Origin: Adineta vaga
Taxonomy: Eukaryota; Animalia; Rotifera
NCBI GenBank assembly: GCA_021613535.1
Contig: CP075494.1
Span: 15,500,001-15,564,000 of the forward strand
DNA: 64,000 bases
Direction of reading: 5' to 3'
Below the pieces are notes generated by a model. That model saw only the letters and a program-made list of their open reading frames with translations, did no database searches and was not told where the DNA came from. Below are positions 25,551 through 42,789 of this stretch, in pieces; the stretch's first letter is position 1; every line of letters begins with the position of its first letter. The translations under genes and the position numbers were made by a program.

Positions 25551-28500
25551 ATGGCATCTCCAAATAGTGCTGGTAGTGGAAGTGAAAGAAAACTTATTCG
25601 TATGTTGAAAACATAGTTTTATTTGAAGAGAATCTATAGAATTCATTTCAGGTGTTCCATCAACTGATACACATGCACGATTTAATCTTTCACCTGTTCC
25701 AAGTGTTGAAGATGATGAAGTGGATAGTATTAATAATAATCGACGAAATTATGCTAATATAGAGCATGATGATAGTGGAGAAGAAGTTGATCTCACAGGT
25801 GGAGTATATGATAGTACAACGACTGTAACGATGTTCGATCATCATCATGATGTAACAAGTAAACCTGGTGATCAGGATAATGGATTAGGTAAGATAAAGT
25901 TTTCTATTTTTAAGATTAAACTATTGAAATTTGATTTAGTAACTGATGTTGCTTATGTTGTTCATAAACATTATGAAAATTTTGAAACAATTGATTGGCT
26001 AAAAGATTTAATGCGTAGTCGTATTCGTCATCGAACTTTACGCTCACAACGAAGACAAAGTTGGAGAAAAAGATGGACATTTTGGTTTGATACATGGAGT
26101 GGATGGATATGTGTTCTATTAGTTGGTATATTAGCTGGTAAATGAATTGAAATTTATAGATGAAAAAAAGCCTTTTGTTTTCGTTTGTTTGGATAGGCCT
26201 TGTTGCTGGTTTTGTAGATATTGGTGCTAAATGGATGAGTCATTGGAGAACAGGTGTTTGTACACCAGCATTTTGGCTCAATCGAGAGCAATGCTGTTGG
26301 GCTTCACCAAAAGTTGAATTTGATGCTGTTCATAATGAAATATGTGAACATGTGAGTAAGAAAGATTTGAAAAGAAAATCGATTTAATGAAATAATTTTA
26401 GTGGAAATCATGGTCACAAATATTTGATATGGACCAAACATCAGTTAGTGCTTGGTTTTTTCGTTATTTTATGTTTATATTTTGGTCTGTTATATATGCT
26501 ACTTTTATTGTTATACTTGTTGTTGGTTCTGCTCCGTATGCAAGTGGATCAGGTAAATATTAAATTTAAATCGATTCATTATTAAACTGTTTTTCAACAA
26601 AGGTATACCCGAAATAAAAACAATTCTATCGGGTTTTATTATGTATGGTTATTTGGGTAAATGGACATTTTTCATAAAAAGTATTGGAATGATCTTTGCA
26701 ACAAGTGCAGGACTTATTGTCGGTAAAGAAGGTCCATTTGTACATATTTCATGTTGTTGTGGAAATATTTTTTCAAGTAATTTAATAATGACAAATATTC
26801 GATGATATTTGCAATTGTAATATTTCTTTGTTTAGAACTTTTTCCAAAATATGGCAATAATGAAGCACGTAAACGTGAAATTTTATCAGCAGCTGCAGCT
26901 ACTGGTGTTTCTGTTGCTTTTGGTGCACCGATTGGTGGAATTCTTTTTAGTTTAGAAGAAATTAGTTATTATTTTCCATATAAAACTTTATGGCGAACAT
27001 TTCTCTGTTGTATGGTTGGAGCACTTGTCGTCCGAATTATTAATCCATATGGAAATGGACATGAAATTCAATTTCCTGTTGAATATAATGTTCCATGGGC
27101 AACATTTGAAGTCATACCATTTATTGGACTTGGAGCATTAGGAGGTTTATGGGGAACATTGTTTATAAAAACGAATATTCGTTGGTTAAAATATAAGAAA
27201 ACAAGTCGAATCGGACAATATCCACGTGCAGAAGTTATTATTTTAACTTTAATTACAGCTTTTATTTGTTATCCAAATGATTATTTAAGATTAACAATGC
27301 CAGAATTAATTCGACGTCTTGTCGGACAATGTCATATTGATGATCATATGGATTTATGGTATGTTTCGTAATTCAATAATAATGACTAAAGACTCATTTT
27401 CTTCGATAGTGATTATATTCGTGATAAACCAGTTGGAACTGCAACAGCAAAATTATATGCGGCACTAGCTGGTCCTGGACTTCATCGTGCTATTTGGCAA
27501 TTATTTTGGGCATTAATTGTTCAAATGATTCTCGTTATATTTACTATTGGTATAAAAGTTCCATCGGGTTTAATTGTTCCGAGTATATCTATAGGAGCAA
27601 TTGCAGGTCGTCTTATTGGAATTATAACAGAACAAATAGCATTTCAAAATCAAGATTTAGCTCTTCTAAGACATGAATGTGGAGTATCGAATGAACATTG
27701 TGTTACACCTGGACTTTATGCTGTCGTTGGTGCTTGTGCTTTTCTAGGTGGAGTTAGTCGAATGACGGTTTCTCTTGTTGTGATTATGAGTGAAGTTACT
27801 GGTGGTTTGTCTTATATTGTTCCACTGATGGTGACAGCATTAACAGCAAAATGGGTAGGAGACGCATTTGGTGAAGGAATTTATGAAGAAAATGTTAAAT
27901 TAAGTGGTTATCCTTTCTTAGGTATAGAAAAAAGAAACCAAAGAGACAAAAATATGTTGAAACCTTTTTTTATTCTTATTTAGAAAATCGTGAAAGTTTT
28001 CGATTTTCTCTCAAAGCTGGTGAAGCAATACGTGCTAACCGTAATGGTGAAAATCCTCCATTAGCATGTATCTATCAAGATGGTATGACCATTGCACAAC
28101 TTGATGCACTTGTTCGTCATCAACCACATTCGATCTATCCAGTTGTTATTAGTGAAGATTTTCCATGTATTGTTGGTCAAGTACAACGACGAGATCTCTT
28201 AGCTGTATTAAAATCACGAAAAATACAATTAACATATACACAAACTAAACCATTATTAAATCGAAAAGTTTCTGTTGTTTCAATGTCCAATTTATTGAAT
28301 AAATCCGGTCAACCATCATCGTTAGGACGACGACGAGCATCAATTGCTTTAAAAGCATCAAAATTCTTACAATTACATAAATTAGTTGATCGAGCACCAG
28401 TTATCGTTACAGATCAAACACCAATGGAAGCAGTTGTTGACATGTTTAGAAAACTTGGATGTCGACAAATCTTTGTTTCGAAAAATGGGTAAAGATTGAT

Positions 28501-28640
28501 TGTCTTTGATTCTCAAGTTAAAGGATATAAATTTCAATGTTTTGTTTTCTTTTTTTAGGCGATTGTTAGGCATTTTAACTCGAAAAGATATTATTCGATT
28601 GATGCATGAAGCAAATGTATCAAGAAAATTTGATGATTAA
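25551..28640 (+). CDS. CLC-3/4/5-type Cl-/H+ exchanger with CBS domains, multi-exon
   Basis: [69 protein letters not shown] region with FRKLGCRQ and GILTRKD. Confidence 0.95.
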
Positions 28641-29173
28641 ATCGATATGTTGATTCTTAGGAAATAAATGCAACTTTATTGAATCTTGTGAAATGTATTT
28701 CAAAATAAAGTTTCTATTTTATTCTTCTAAAAGTTATTTTATTGGTTGTACATGTATTTATCTATATTAAACATCGTACTATATCAAATGCACTATCATC
28801 CAGTATGATTCTAGTCACTTAGTGCTTTTAATCCTTTTTCACGTAGACAAATTTCCTTTGCGTTGTTATAATTTGAAAAACAGAGCATATTGTTTATGAA
28901 ATATTTTCTTGACATATACGTTTGCAAAATACATGCTCCATTGTATCTGATAATCTCTATAGTGCTTAAACATGGTTTTAATTATTTTATGTCATCTGTC
29001 ATTTTCAACCGAGATTAACTTGACAAGTCTGTGCGGCTTCAAAAACAGATACTTTTTTCTTAAAGAAAAATTTCTATAACGTCAATCGATCCTATTTAAA
29101 TGGATGTGATATTCCAAGACGAGTCAGGAATTCAAACTTTCAGTATTAAAAACCGTTAAGATTTGAGTTTATT

Positions 29174-30235
29174 ATGAATACATCAAACTTTCCATCTACG
29201 GTGACTGGTGGTCCTCGTCCTGGACCTCCTGCACCACCTCTTACGATTGTTCAAATTCATATTGCTTTGTGTGGCTATGTAATTCTATATGTGCTTGGCT
29301 TATTTGGTCATACAGGTAGTTTTCTTATTTTCCTTCGACCTTCTCTCAATCGTATTTCAACAAGTTGTTTATTCATTGCATTGACCATTTCGGATTCTTT
29401 GTATCTCTTACTTAGTATATATGATTTTATCAACATTGGTTTACAAATTCGTGATGGCTCAATTGATCCTTCAGCTATGTGTCGATTTCGTCATTTTCTT
29501 CAATGGACAGCTATGTGTTCTAATGCTTGGCTATTAGTTATTATTGCAATTGATCGATGGATACGTGTAAAATTTCCATTTAAATCAAAAGAAATATGTA
29601 CACCGCGAAATGCTTTATTGATGGCTATAATAGTTGTAATTCTTTCTGCTGGTTTCAATGGACATGTATTAGGACCAAGTTACGGTCAACTACCAGCTGG
29701 TGTTATGACAGTATGTGGACCCAAACCAAGTAATGCCATATATAATACATTTGTGCGTCAAATATGGCCAACTATATTTTCCTTCATCCAAACACTTCTT
29801 CCTGCTGCCCTGTTAATGATTTTATCCATGGATACATTTCGTCGTCTAGTAGGTCAGACAAGAAATAAAAATAAAAATCAACAACGTCATCGAGCTCAAT
29901 TGGATAATCAAATGTTATTGATTATGTTAGCTACGATCGTATTATTTGTTGCTACTGTTTTACCATTAGGTTTATTTAATATTTTATTGACACCAGTTCT
30001 TCGCGGACCAATGACACAAATACAATTATTAGAGTTATCATCGATCTTAACACTTATATCGACTATCAATTACAGTTTAGATTTCTATTTACATTGCTTG
30101 ACAAGTCGACTATTTAGAAAAGAATTCTTGAGCTTATTCAGACATCGAAACAGGGATAATTCAATAGGATTTACAGTCAAGACACTACGAATACTTCCAA
30201 CTGGAAATACAATGACACAGATTCAAACACGATGA
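29174..30235 (+). CDS. Intronless class A orphan GPCR
   Basis: 353 aa, 7 TM, CRFRHFL..AIDRWIRVKFP, NYSLDFYLHCLTSRLFRKEF. Confidence 0.88.
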   Translation: MNTSNFPSTVTGGPRPGPPAPPLTIVQIHIALCGYVILYVLGLFGHTGSFLIFLRPSLNRISTSCLFIALTISDSLYLLLSIYDFINIGLQIRDGSIDPSAMCRFRHFLQWTAMCSNAWLLVIIAIDRWIRVKFPFKSKEICTPRNALLMAIIVVILSAGFNGHVLGPSYGQLPAGVMTVCGPKPSNAIYNTFVRQIWPTIFSFIQTLLPAALLMILSMDTFRRLVGQTRNKNKNQQRHRAQLDNQMLLIMLATIVLFVATVLPLGLFNILLTPVLRGPMTQIQLLELSSILTLISTINYSLDFYLHCLTSRLFRKEFLSLFRHRNRDNSIGFTVKTLRILPTGNTMTQIQTR

Positions 30236-30903
30236 ACATAGAACATATAAAATAATCTCTTGCCTTTTGACTTTCTAATTTTTATGTACTGTAGTTATTT
30301 GCATGACGAAAATATTTATTTCGTTTTGAAATCATTTTTGTGTATTACAATAAAAATAATATCTCATATCCCGGATTCATAAAATACAACTGCATCTTTA
30401 ACATTTATACTATCAAACTATGCATCAACATGTGTTGACCTTGATAGATTAATTTTTCTCATTGTAATCTTGTCTTATATTATCGACTATGTACGTATAT
30501 GAATTGTTGGAAGTTTTTTTTGTTGTCATGATAATTTCTAACATTACGTTCATTTCTATATAATTTGTGCTATTATACGTCATTCAATGTCACGGAATAC
30601 TTAATAAACTTTATGTCATCAAAAACTGAAGAAATGGTATTTGAAAAGAACATAGTTGATTCTTTATTGAAAGAAAAATCCTATGTTAGGAATGTATAAG
30701 TAAAAAAACACGATCAGAATTCAGACAGTAAAATTTGGGAGTTGAGTCATAATTGATCGAATTTGAAAATCACTCGGTAAAGATGAACAGAAGAAATTGA
30801 ATATAGTGAAAGTGGAAAGGAATCTCAATTAGAGACTCAAGTGAACTCATATTTGACAATGTCATTTGAATTAAAGAGTACCTCTCGTCTTCTTTTCCTC
30901 TTA

Positions 30904-31791
30904 TTATACTATTGTCGTTACAGCATTTGTTCGACGTTTGATTCTTTTCATAAGTGACTTTTTCAATGGTTCATTAAAATGAAATAGTGCAATGCAAATA
31001 AACACCAAAGATGCATCTAAAAATACAAGAGCAATCCGAAAATGGTATTTTGGAAGCTCAGTAATAAATGTCATAACAATGAAGATTGTGTATGGCAAGC
31101 CAAGTAAAATCAAGATAATCATTAGTATACTAATACGTCCGACCATTTTCAGTTCTTTTTGTGCTCGTAAAAGCACATTTGAAGGTGTTATATGAGTTCT
31201 CATTTTTTTCACATATCGAACCAATTTTAGATATATTAAAATCGTGCATAAAATCGGTATTAAGTATATACAAAATGCCATATAAATAATTGAAAAAGAT
31301 GATAAAATGGGTAATTGACATATTTGACTATCACTATTGTAAATAATTTCATCACGAAGTAAAAATTCCAATGGATAAAGTGAACCAAATAACCATGTTA
31401 AACAAATCAATACGATTTGAAATCGAATAGACTGACAAAACAGTCGATTTGGATAAACAACGATAATGTATCGATGAACAGCTTGTAATAAAAATGAAAA
31501 AATCAATATAGCACATATGCCATCAGCAATATAGGCTCGAAAAATACACAATGAATCTTGATATGAAATTTGTTTTAGATCATTAATTAGTGTAAATATA
31601 TTGGCTCCTAGTCGAATACTTGCAAAGATTTCTTGTAATAAACATGAATTAGTAACTAATAACATTCGAATTGTATGACATGTTTTGTCCAAAACGATGG
31701 TACAAAGAAAAACGAAAGAAAAGAAAATACAAATAAGATCACAAAGAATATTGAAACTATCATTAAGAATAAACCAAATCTCGACAACCAT
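30904..31791 (-). CDS. Intronless class A orphan GPCR
   Basis: 295 aa, 7 TM, LCIFRAY, QAVHRYIIVVYP, YLIPILCTILIYLKL, LLGLPY. Confidence 0.82.
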   Translation of the reverse strand: MVVEIWFILNDSFNILCDLICIFFSFVFLCTIVLDKTCHTIRMLLVTNSCLLQEIFASIRLGANIFTLINDLKQISYQDSLCIFRAYIADGICAILIFSFLLQAVHRYIIVVYPNRLFCQSIRFQIVLICLTWLFGSLYPLEFLLRDEIIYNSDSQICQLPILSSFSIIYMAFCIYLIPILCTILIYLKLVRYVKKMRTHITPSNVLLRAQKELKMVGRISILMIILILLGLPYTIFIVMTFITELPKYHFRIALVFLDASLVFICIALFHFNEPLKKSLMKRIKRRTNAVTTIV

Positions 31792-33159
31792 ATCTTCTAA
31801 ATGCGTAACGAGTAAAGAAGAAATAAGGAGAGATGAAATTGTTAACGTGCTATTTTTTCATTGATTCATATGCATTATTAAAAATAATATAACATTCAGA
31901 GAGATAATTTCATATTCTAACTAAAAAGAATTCAATTTTAGAATCTAATAAAACTAGTATAAAAATTCCTATGTTGAAGCAATTTAACAGTGTTCAAACT
32001 TTGACAAAATTTTTATTTATAGATTTGCTCACTCATTCATTTTTTTTCTTTATTTTCTTAAAAAACTATGTGAAAGATCTTAACGTTGAAATGTTCTCAA
32101 TGAGGATGAAAAGTCGTTGTAACCAAACGCAATCCTCTTAAAAAAACGTCGATTTTTTATAATGCTATTTACCCTCCCTGTCAAGAATGACTCTAATCCT
32201 CAAGTAAGAAAAAACTTATTCAAATGAATCTATAATCCAAGTCTTTTGTATTCCCTTTTCTGAAAGAAAGGGTTATAGGCTCCTAAAATAGGGTCATTAA
32301 AATGCCTAAATTTTGTTTTTTGTTTGTCCAAACCAATCAGAAAACAGTACTCGTGAAATCAATCATAACTCATTCATAGTCTTTAGAAGACGATTCACCA
32401 AAGGGTAATCAAGATCAAGGAATCCGAATCTAGTGTTAGCAGTTTAAAATTGTGTACATATAAAAGTCAATGGTAGTGTGGAACACTTTTTTTTATTAAA
32501 AAAAGGTGAACAAATCTCAATGGGACCAGTAATTGTAGTAATAAAAATTTTGATTTGTTATTCCATTTAGAAAATATTGTGGCTCTGATAATAGGTCATT
32601 CAATTCGTTTGATTCTGATCTCATTCATGTTTTGTTTTTACTTTGATGTCATTCAGCGTGATTTTCTTTGCAGTTTATTCAGAAGAATATTATCGTTTAA
32701 ATATTCTTTTCTCATTATTTAAAACTTTTTTAATCCGCTCGAAACTGAAACCTAGTGTTTTCTGTATTTAAAAAGAATTTAATTAATTTGCATCACATTT
32801 CTCGATGGACATTGAGTGAAAATGATGAGCATGTGTCATATTATACATATGAGAGGTATAGATATTCTTATACAACATACATAGCTAAAAAGCGTACATC
32901 TTCTTCTCAGTTTTCTTGCAGTTAAGAAACCTTTGATATCAAAACTGTAACTCTAAACACGTTTTTTTTCATAAAACCCATTCTGAATTTTCTTCCAAAA
33001 TATGGTCAGCAAATCCCTCGGATGAGCGCTACGTGTAGGATGATAATGAAGACGATCAAGCTGAAGTCAATAATGTATTACCATTTTCAGGTAGATTTTG
33101 AGAAAAAAATTGTGGAAATTTTTCGTATTTTGATTGAGATCGTGCTGATAGATTAGGAA

Positions 33160-33941
33160 AACAATTTGACATTGAAGGTATTTCACCATCAATTATTCAC
33201 AACTATGTTCACTATCAGTTGTTAACTTTCAAGACAGAAATCTTCTTCGAATTTTAGAGTATGTATTTGAACTTTTGCTCATGTTTGGTTTAGAAACAAC
33301 GATCTCATGAAATCTAATAAAAAGTTTTGTTTTTTTCAATTGAAGCTATAATGGAATTCATTTTTTTTCTAACTCATCAAATCACAAATCTTGAGATAGA
33401 TATTCAAATAAATCGAAAAGAAGACTTGGATGAAACTCGATCAGAAATGTTTATTGCAATTTTATCTTTATGTAAACGATTAATTAGTTTCAATTTTAGT
33501 CAATTGTATTACTATCGAAGTTTACCAATCAGGGTAAATAAAGTTTTATTAATTATTTGTCAAAGAGATAGATCTAATTATTATTTTGTAGAAATCATTT
33601 CTCGAACTGAAATGCTTTGCATTATTTTCACTTAAATTCACCATCGTTTACGATGCAGAAGTTATGCCACTACTTTATCGAATGAGAAATCTCAAAGAAT
33701 TAACATTGTTTTATACGTTATGTTATTCTTCTTGATTTATTTGGTGCACATGTAAATTATGCAGAAGAATTTCGTTACAATACAAACACTACTACACCTC
33801 GTTTACAAAATTTGCACATTAAATATAAATCGCACTACTAACGATGCGGCACATGTCAACTGTAGTAAACTGAAAAAACTAAACTTACGTGAATCAATTA
33901 TTTTTCCTGAAAATTTTCATCATTATTTTCCTTTATTATAA
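33160..33941 (+). pseudogene. Fragmented lineage-specific (F-box/LRR-associated-type) gene remnant
   Basis: Broken ORFs (LTHQITNLEIDI..EMFIAILSLCKRLISFNFSQL; TTNDAAHVNCSKLKKLNL..IIFPENFHHYFPLL) resembling a large rotifer gene family, with frameshifts between pieces. Confidence 0.45.
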
Positions 33942-34160
33942 ATATTTCGATTCTTAAATCATTTTTCTCAATCTTTGTGTTTAAGAAAAAAGGTTACATG
34001 ATTTGTGTAGATCGACTTATATGTTAATATCATCCTGATTAAAATAAAACAAAGAACATAGAAGATGATCTATTCTACAAAGATGAATTTGATTCTTTTT
34101 TATTCGAAATTCAAAAAGAATTTTTATACACGAATAAAACGAAACACAAAAGAGTTTTAT

Positions 34161-36144
34161 CTAATTCCAATTGGCACGACGACGACCATAAAACTAAAAG
34201 AAAGAATTTTATATTTTATTGAAATCAATCGAGAATTAATTGTATTACTTTAGGTTCAACAGTTGTAGCAGATATAACTGAACGTTGTTTTCGTACTAAT
34301 TCATCCATTTGTCTTTTATCTTCACGTTCCACTGCATCTTGTTTTTCTACTTCTAGCCGAGATTGTGCACGTTCTTGTTTTACAATTGATATCTAAACGA
34401 TAAGATATTGATAAAGATTTGTGCAAATTAAAAAAAAACAATTATTACTTGTCTTTTTAGATCTTGCTTTTTATCTTCTCTTTCTTGTGCTTGTTTTTGT
34501 TTTTCGATTAGATCATATTTTCTTGCTTGTTCCATTTCAGCAATTAATGCTTGTTGTTTTTCATATGTTTCTTGTTGTTGTTCTTTTAATGCATGTAATT
34601 TTTCCATCACTTGTTCTTGCCTTTCGTCCATAACTTGACGCATTAATTTTTCACGTAATTCTTTTTCACGATCCCATTCTTGTTCACGACGTGCCCATTG
34701 TTTCGCTGCTTCTTCTCTTGATAAAAAGCAAATAATTAGTATGTTTTGCTAAAATGAAGAAAACACTCACTGAAACATAGCATCAAGTTCTTGTTCTTTT
34801 TCTTTTTCTAATTTCATTTGCTGTTGAAATTCTTGTAACATATGTAATGCATCACGACGTAATTGTTCACGTTGTTCGTTTTGTTCCATACGACTTTCTT
34901 CATCAGCATGTGCAATTGATGCAAGAATTTTCATGTCTAATTCCTAACAAATTTAAATCAATGATTAAATTATCCAGAAAATATCTATAACAAACCAATT
35001 GTTCTTGAATTTCTTTTGCACGTTTATGTAATTTAGCTTTATGTTGTCGTAAAAGTTGACGACTAAGAGAAGAAAAATGAATGAATCGAATTGAATGACA
35101 AGAAATTTACCCATAATCTTGTTGTATGTAACGTTTTTCCATTTGTTTCTTTTCTTCTTCATATTGATCGAATTCCCATTGTTCACGTAGAAGACGCTCT
35201 TCTTCTTGTTTTAATACTTCAGTCTAAATCAAATAAATCGAGAAATTTACATATTTTGTTAGCGAATAGTCATGAACTAGAAACCTCTTCTTCTTTTTCT
35301 TTGAGTTCAGCCATTTGTTCTTGTAAAATATGTTTTAATTCATCAATTCTTCTTTTTCTTTCATTTTGTTCTTCTTGTTCGTAGATTTCTTGTTCATCCA
35401 ATCGCTGTCGTAATTCTTGTTGATATCTTTGATTTGCTTCATCTTCTTCTTTTTGCGCTGCCCGTCGTTCACTTAATTGTTCAGACCAATATTCTGGTTG
35501 AAGATTTTCTAATTTTTGTTGTTCAATTGAACGTAAATCAGGATCATTAGCTACCCAATGTTCATACAATTTTTCTTCAGCAATAGCTTGACGTTCTTTT
35601 TCTCGAGCTGAACGAAGAGATTCAGCACGCATTTTCATATCAGGTACGGATGCACGTGCTGATTGGCGAATTGAAGTTAATTCATTCTGAAAGAAACAGA
35701 CAGTTACAATTATATACGAAAAAAAAACTATTCTTACTTGAAATTGAAGTTTTTCGTCTTCGAGAATAGCAGCAAGACGATTACGACGTTGTTCTAGACG
35801 ATTTAACTTTTCTTCTTTTTCTTGTTGTCCACGATGGACTTCATTGCTAGAGAAATTTACACAACTGAACCAAATGAGAGATCGAAAATTGAATTCTACC
35901 TTATGACCGCTGAAGTAGGTGATGTCCAATGACTATGTACGGAATTATGACGAGTTTGTGCTTTGAAATAATTGGCTGTTTGAGCCCATTGAGCTCTGGA
36001 AAAGTATTAATGAGATTGAGTTAAAAAAAATTTATCAATTATTTACTTTTTTTCTGCTTCAATTTCTTGCTTTCGCTGAACGATTTGTTGAGGTGTAGCT
36101 AAATGTCTATTAGCATAATGTGAATGTAGAGTTGGTAAGACCAT
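34161..36144 (-). CDS. TCHP: Trichoplein keratin filament-binding protein, multi-exon
   Basis: N-terminus MVLPTLHSHY..QWAQTANYF, LRSAREKERQAIAEEKLYEHWVANDPDLR, long coiled coil, C-terminus FYGRRRANWN. Confidence 0.85.
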
Positions 36145-36463
36145 AATTACTTCTTAGATTACGTGGTGAGATTTATCGATAGAAATTGAACAATAAATTC
36201 AGATTAGATCGTATACCATATTGCTCTACTATTCTATGGCATTTACCTTCATCTCGTCATGTATTCATTTCAATTAAATATCGGTTGGAAAATATGATCG
36301 GTAAAATTGTTTGAAGAATTACTTAAACGATTTTTTTTCTTAAGAAAATAAGTTAATTGTAAATCGAAGAAATAGAGGGCGCTAGTGAGAGAAGTCTTTT
36401 TCTCATATCATATATGTAGAACAATTCATAGATAAACAAGGGTTTTTATGATATTTATTCAAA

Positions 36464-37225
36464 TTAAACAGATTCATAATCTTTTGATGATAATGTTGGT
36501 GATCCTCGAAAACAACTGCGAATAAAACTAAAACAAAATTTACATCCACTCATGAATAATCCAAATGTAAGTAACCAAAAACCTGGATTTGGTAAAACAG
36601 CTAAACCTGTTTCTTTTTTTATAACTCGATTGTAGAAAATACTACCGATTATATAAACAATAATTACAATTAGTAGGATAATAATAAAAATAGTTCCACC
36701 AGCAACGCCACCTGAAATCGGACAAGCTCCTGCAGCCTTCACTGTAATAGCAAATTGACAAGTAGGTGCTTCAACGATAACCATTGTCGTTGGACTTTTT
36801 ACAATCTTATCACAAATAAGCGTAACTGTCACAAGTCGTTCACGTGCATTACATAAAGCATTTCGTACAGTCATGAGAACACCTGTACCTGGTCCTTGTG
36901 GATTTTCCTGAAATTCAAGATTTGGAGATTTTCCATAACCATCAAGAAAGCCCATAGCTGATTCAAAACCACTTGTAGCAATTCTCTCTTGACATGCCAT
37001 CATTCCTTCTTCAAGTGGTCCTGTAGTCTTTCCACATTTTTCCTTTGGAACTAATCCACATGGAGTTAGAACATATCGAAAATCTCCATCATCACCTTCA
37101 AGTGCTAAATGATTCAATTGATTAAGATCATACTTATTCTTTCCAAATGTTCGACGACATGAATCCAGGGAATTAATAATTTGAAAAAGACCAATGAAAG
37201 TCAAAATATAAGACAACAAAACCAT
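36464..37225 (-). CDS. Cation-dependent mannose-6-phosphate receptor / ATG27-like single-MRH-domain membrane protein (intronless)
   Basis: Signal peptide, Cys-patterned MRH domain (YDLNQL, LTPCG, TVTLICD, CQFAITVKAAGACP), TM helix, YNR..TGLAVLPNPGFW, C-terminal YESV. Confidence 0.8.
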   Translation of the reverse strand: MVLLSYILTFIGLFQIINSLDSCRRTFGKNKYDLNQLNHLALEGDDGDFRYVLTPCGLVPKEKCGKTTGPLEEGMMACQERIATSGFESAMGFLDGYGKSPNLEFQENPQGPGTGVLMTVRNALCNARERLVTVTLICDKIVKSPTTMVIVEAPTCQFAITVKAAGACPISGGVAGGTIFIIILLIVIIVYIIGSIFYNRVIKKETGLAVLPNPGFWLLTFGLFMSGCKFCFSFIRSCFRGSPTLSSKDYESV

Positions 37226-37438
37226 TGTTGATATTGTAAGACAAAAACAGAATAGAAACAATGTGTAGATAAACGTAACATTCAAATCTTATCTTTTGAT
37301 AATGTCAAAGATGAGCTAATCAAGTTTTTTTTTATTCACAACTGTTCCTTCGTTTTTTTTTCTTCATTTCATATAGAATTGAAATACAAACAATTAAAAA
37401 AACAAACAAACAAACTCATTCAAATCCAGATGAAATGA

Positions 37439-38734
37439 TTAAAATCGTTCTTGGTATTTATTATCTGTTCCAAATGATGTGTTCTGAGCATATTTTTGTT
37501 GTTGTTCATATTCATATTTAAGTTGAGTAAGAATATGTTCATCTTGTGATTGATTAACATAAATTGATAAATAATTAAATAATTTTTGTATCAATTGATC
37601 ATTTGATCGAAGTTGTTTCACATGATTTAATTCATTTATTTTATATTGATGTAATTGTTCGTATAAATATTTAAGTAAATCTTCATATTCAACTTCAACT
37701 TCATTGGATAAACGTTGAGATTTTTCACAAGTAACAATTTTCATTTGAAGTTCATCGATTGTTACACGACAGGAAGCTATTTCACGTCGAAGTTCAAGAA
37801 TAAGTTCAGTTTCATTTGGTCTAGATGAATGCGTTGACGAGGAGAAAAATGGAATAAGAAGATTAACACGTTCACCAAGAACAACGCTTGATTGACGTTC
37901 AAAATCTTTTAATGTCATTCGACCATCTAAACAAAAAACAAAATCCATAACTACGATTGAACAATCATCTTATCTTACCACTGTTTGTTTCTGATAATTG
38001 TTCAACAAATTGTAATTCTCGTTTTTGATCATTCGAAAATATTTTTGGATAAAGTTTTTTCAATAAATCAACAAGATCAATCAATTTAAATCTTGAATTT
38101 AATAAAGCTTCTAGTGCATCAGGAGATAGATCAACTTGTTTCATTTCATCTTGTTGTTCACGTTTGCTATTTTCATAAGCAACATTATAAATACTATGTC
38201 GATGTAATTCATCATGATTATGATGACGATGATGTTTTCGAGAGGATTTTTTTGCACGAACTTCATTTGTAATTAGACTATCATTATTATTGTTATTGTT
38301 ATTTCGATTTTGACTAAGATTATGAGATCGATGATTGTCATCATCATCATCAGTTGATTTTTCATCGTATAATAATTTCTGATATTCAACGGATGATAAG
38401 GGAGGATGAAAATGTTTTACACGAAACCGAACTTGATTTGTGGCAGCTGAGGAACGAAGGAGATTAACAGCATGTTCACGACTAATACCAATCGCAGATT
38501 CATCATTGATCGAAAGAATTTGATCACCGATCTAAAGAAAAAGAAAAAATCATGAATAATTCGAAATTGATTAATTAGAATTACCTTTAATCGTCCATCT
38601 TTTTGTGCTAAACCATTTTCAAGTAATTCTCTAATAAAAATTCCTGATTTTTGAGAAGCTCGTTTAGCTCCTAAAATTCGAATTCCAAGTCCGTTTCGAC
38701 TATTTGAATATACAATTAATTCTTCTCTATTCAT
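37439..38734 (-). CDS. STXBP4: PDZ + coiled-coil protein, syntaxin-binding protein 4 (Synip)-like
   Basis: N-terminal PDZ (GLGIRILG..GIFIRELLENGLAQKDGRLK/IGDQILSIND), DGRMTLKDF, and EVEVEYEDLLKYL coiled coil. No WW domain seen. Confidence 0.6.
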
Positions 38735-39449
38735 TCTCGATAGAATATTATAAAAAAAGAAGCGATCGGTGGGTGGAATAATAGCGCATCGCGCTGACAA
38801 AATACTATGTTAATTTTAACCTTGTATGCATGCGCGCAAATGAAGAAATAGAAGAGTGAATTGAAAATCAGTCAGTCATAGATACTTCCACAATATTCCG
38901 ATAGGATACAACTTCTAACAATCAAATTTCATTTTTTTCAACAAATATTCATCAGATTGATCTTTTTTTAACGAATTCACACTTTTTATTATTCGAATGT
39001 CTTCGGTTTTGATAAATAATTTTTTTATTTTTAATACTAAATAAAATTTTCAACAGATGGCGTTCATATGACCTATTTTACTTCTTGATATTGTCATGAA
39101 GAAAGAAAACATTCACTTTCCTATAATGAAAAAAACGATTAGAATAACTTCTAGAAAGCTTGGATTATGTTTTACAGAAAAGCTCAGTAATCTCAAACTT
39201 TTGATATTAATAAATTGGAAATCTAATATGTGAATAGAGATGTCACTCTTAGACAAAAAAAGATAAAATGTATCTATCGAAGTGATTGGTGAAAAATATC
39301 GATGTATTGATTGATAAAGATGAGTCATTATTGATGAAATAACTCGCCCGTTACAAACAAGCAAATCAATTCATATAGGGATTTTAATTGCGCACTTGTA
39401 CTCAGATTAGCTCTGTTTCGATTTCTTTTTAGATTTTATTGATAAAACT

Positions 39450-42574
<3,125 letters not shown>

Positions 42575-42789
42575 ATGACTATAAGACATTCATATATATA
42601 TTCTTGAATACGCATATGTATATATCTGCATTTTTCTTTTCTAGCCATTTTTGTAGTCGCTCTTACCTTTGTCTTTATACTTTCATTCTCGTCTTGTTCA
42701 TTGTTATTCGTAACGGATCGAGCAGAATAAAACAAACTCATGCGTTCGAGAAGAACATTTTATTCTTAGAAGAAAATTAAAACACATTA

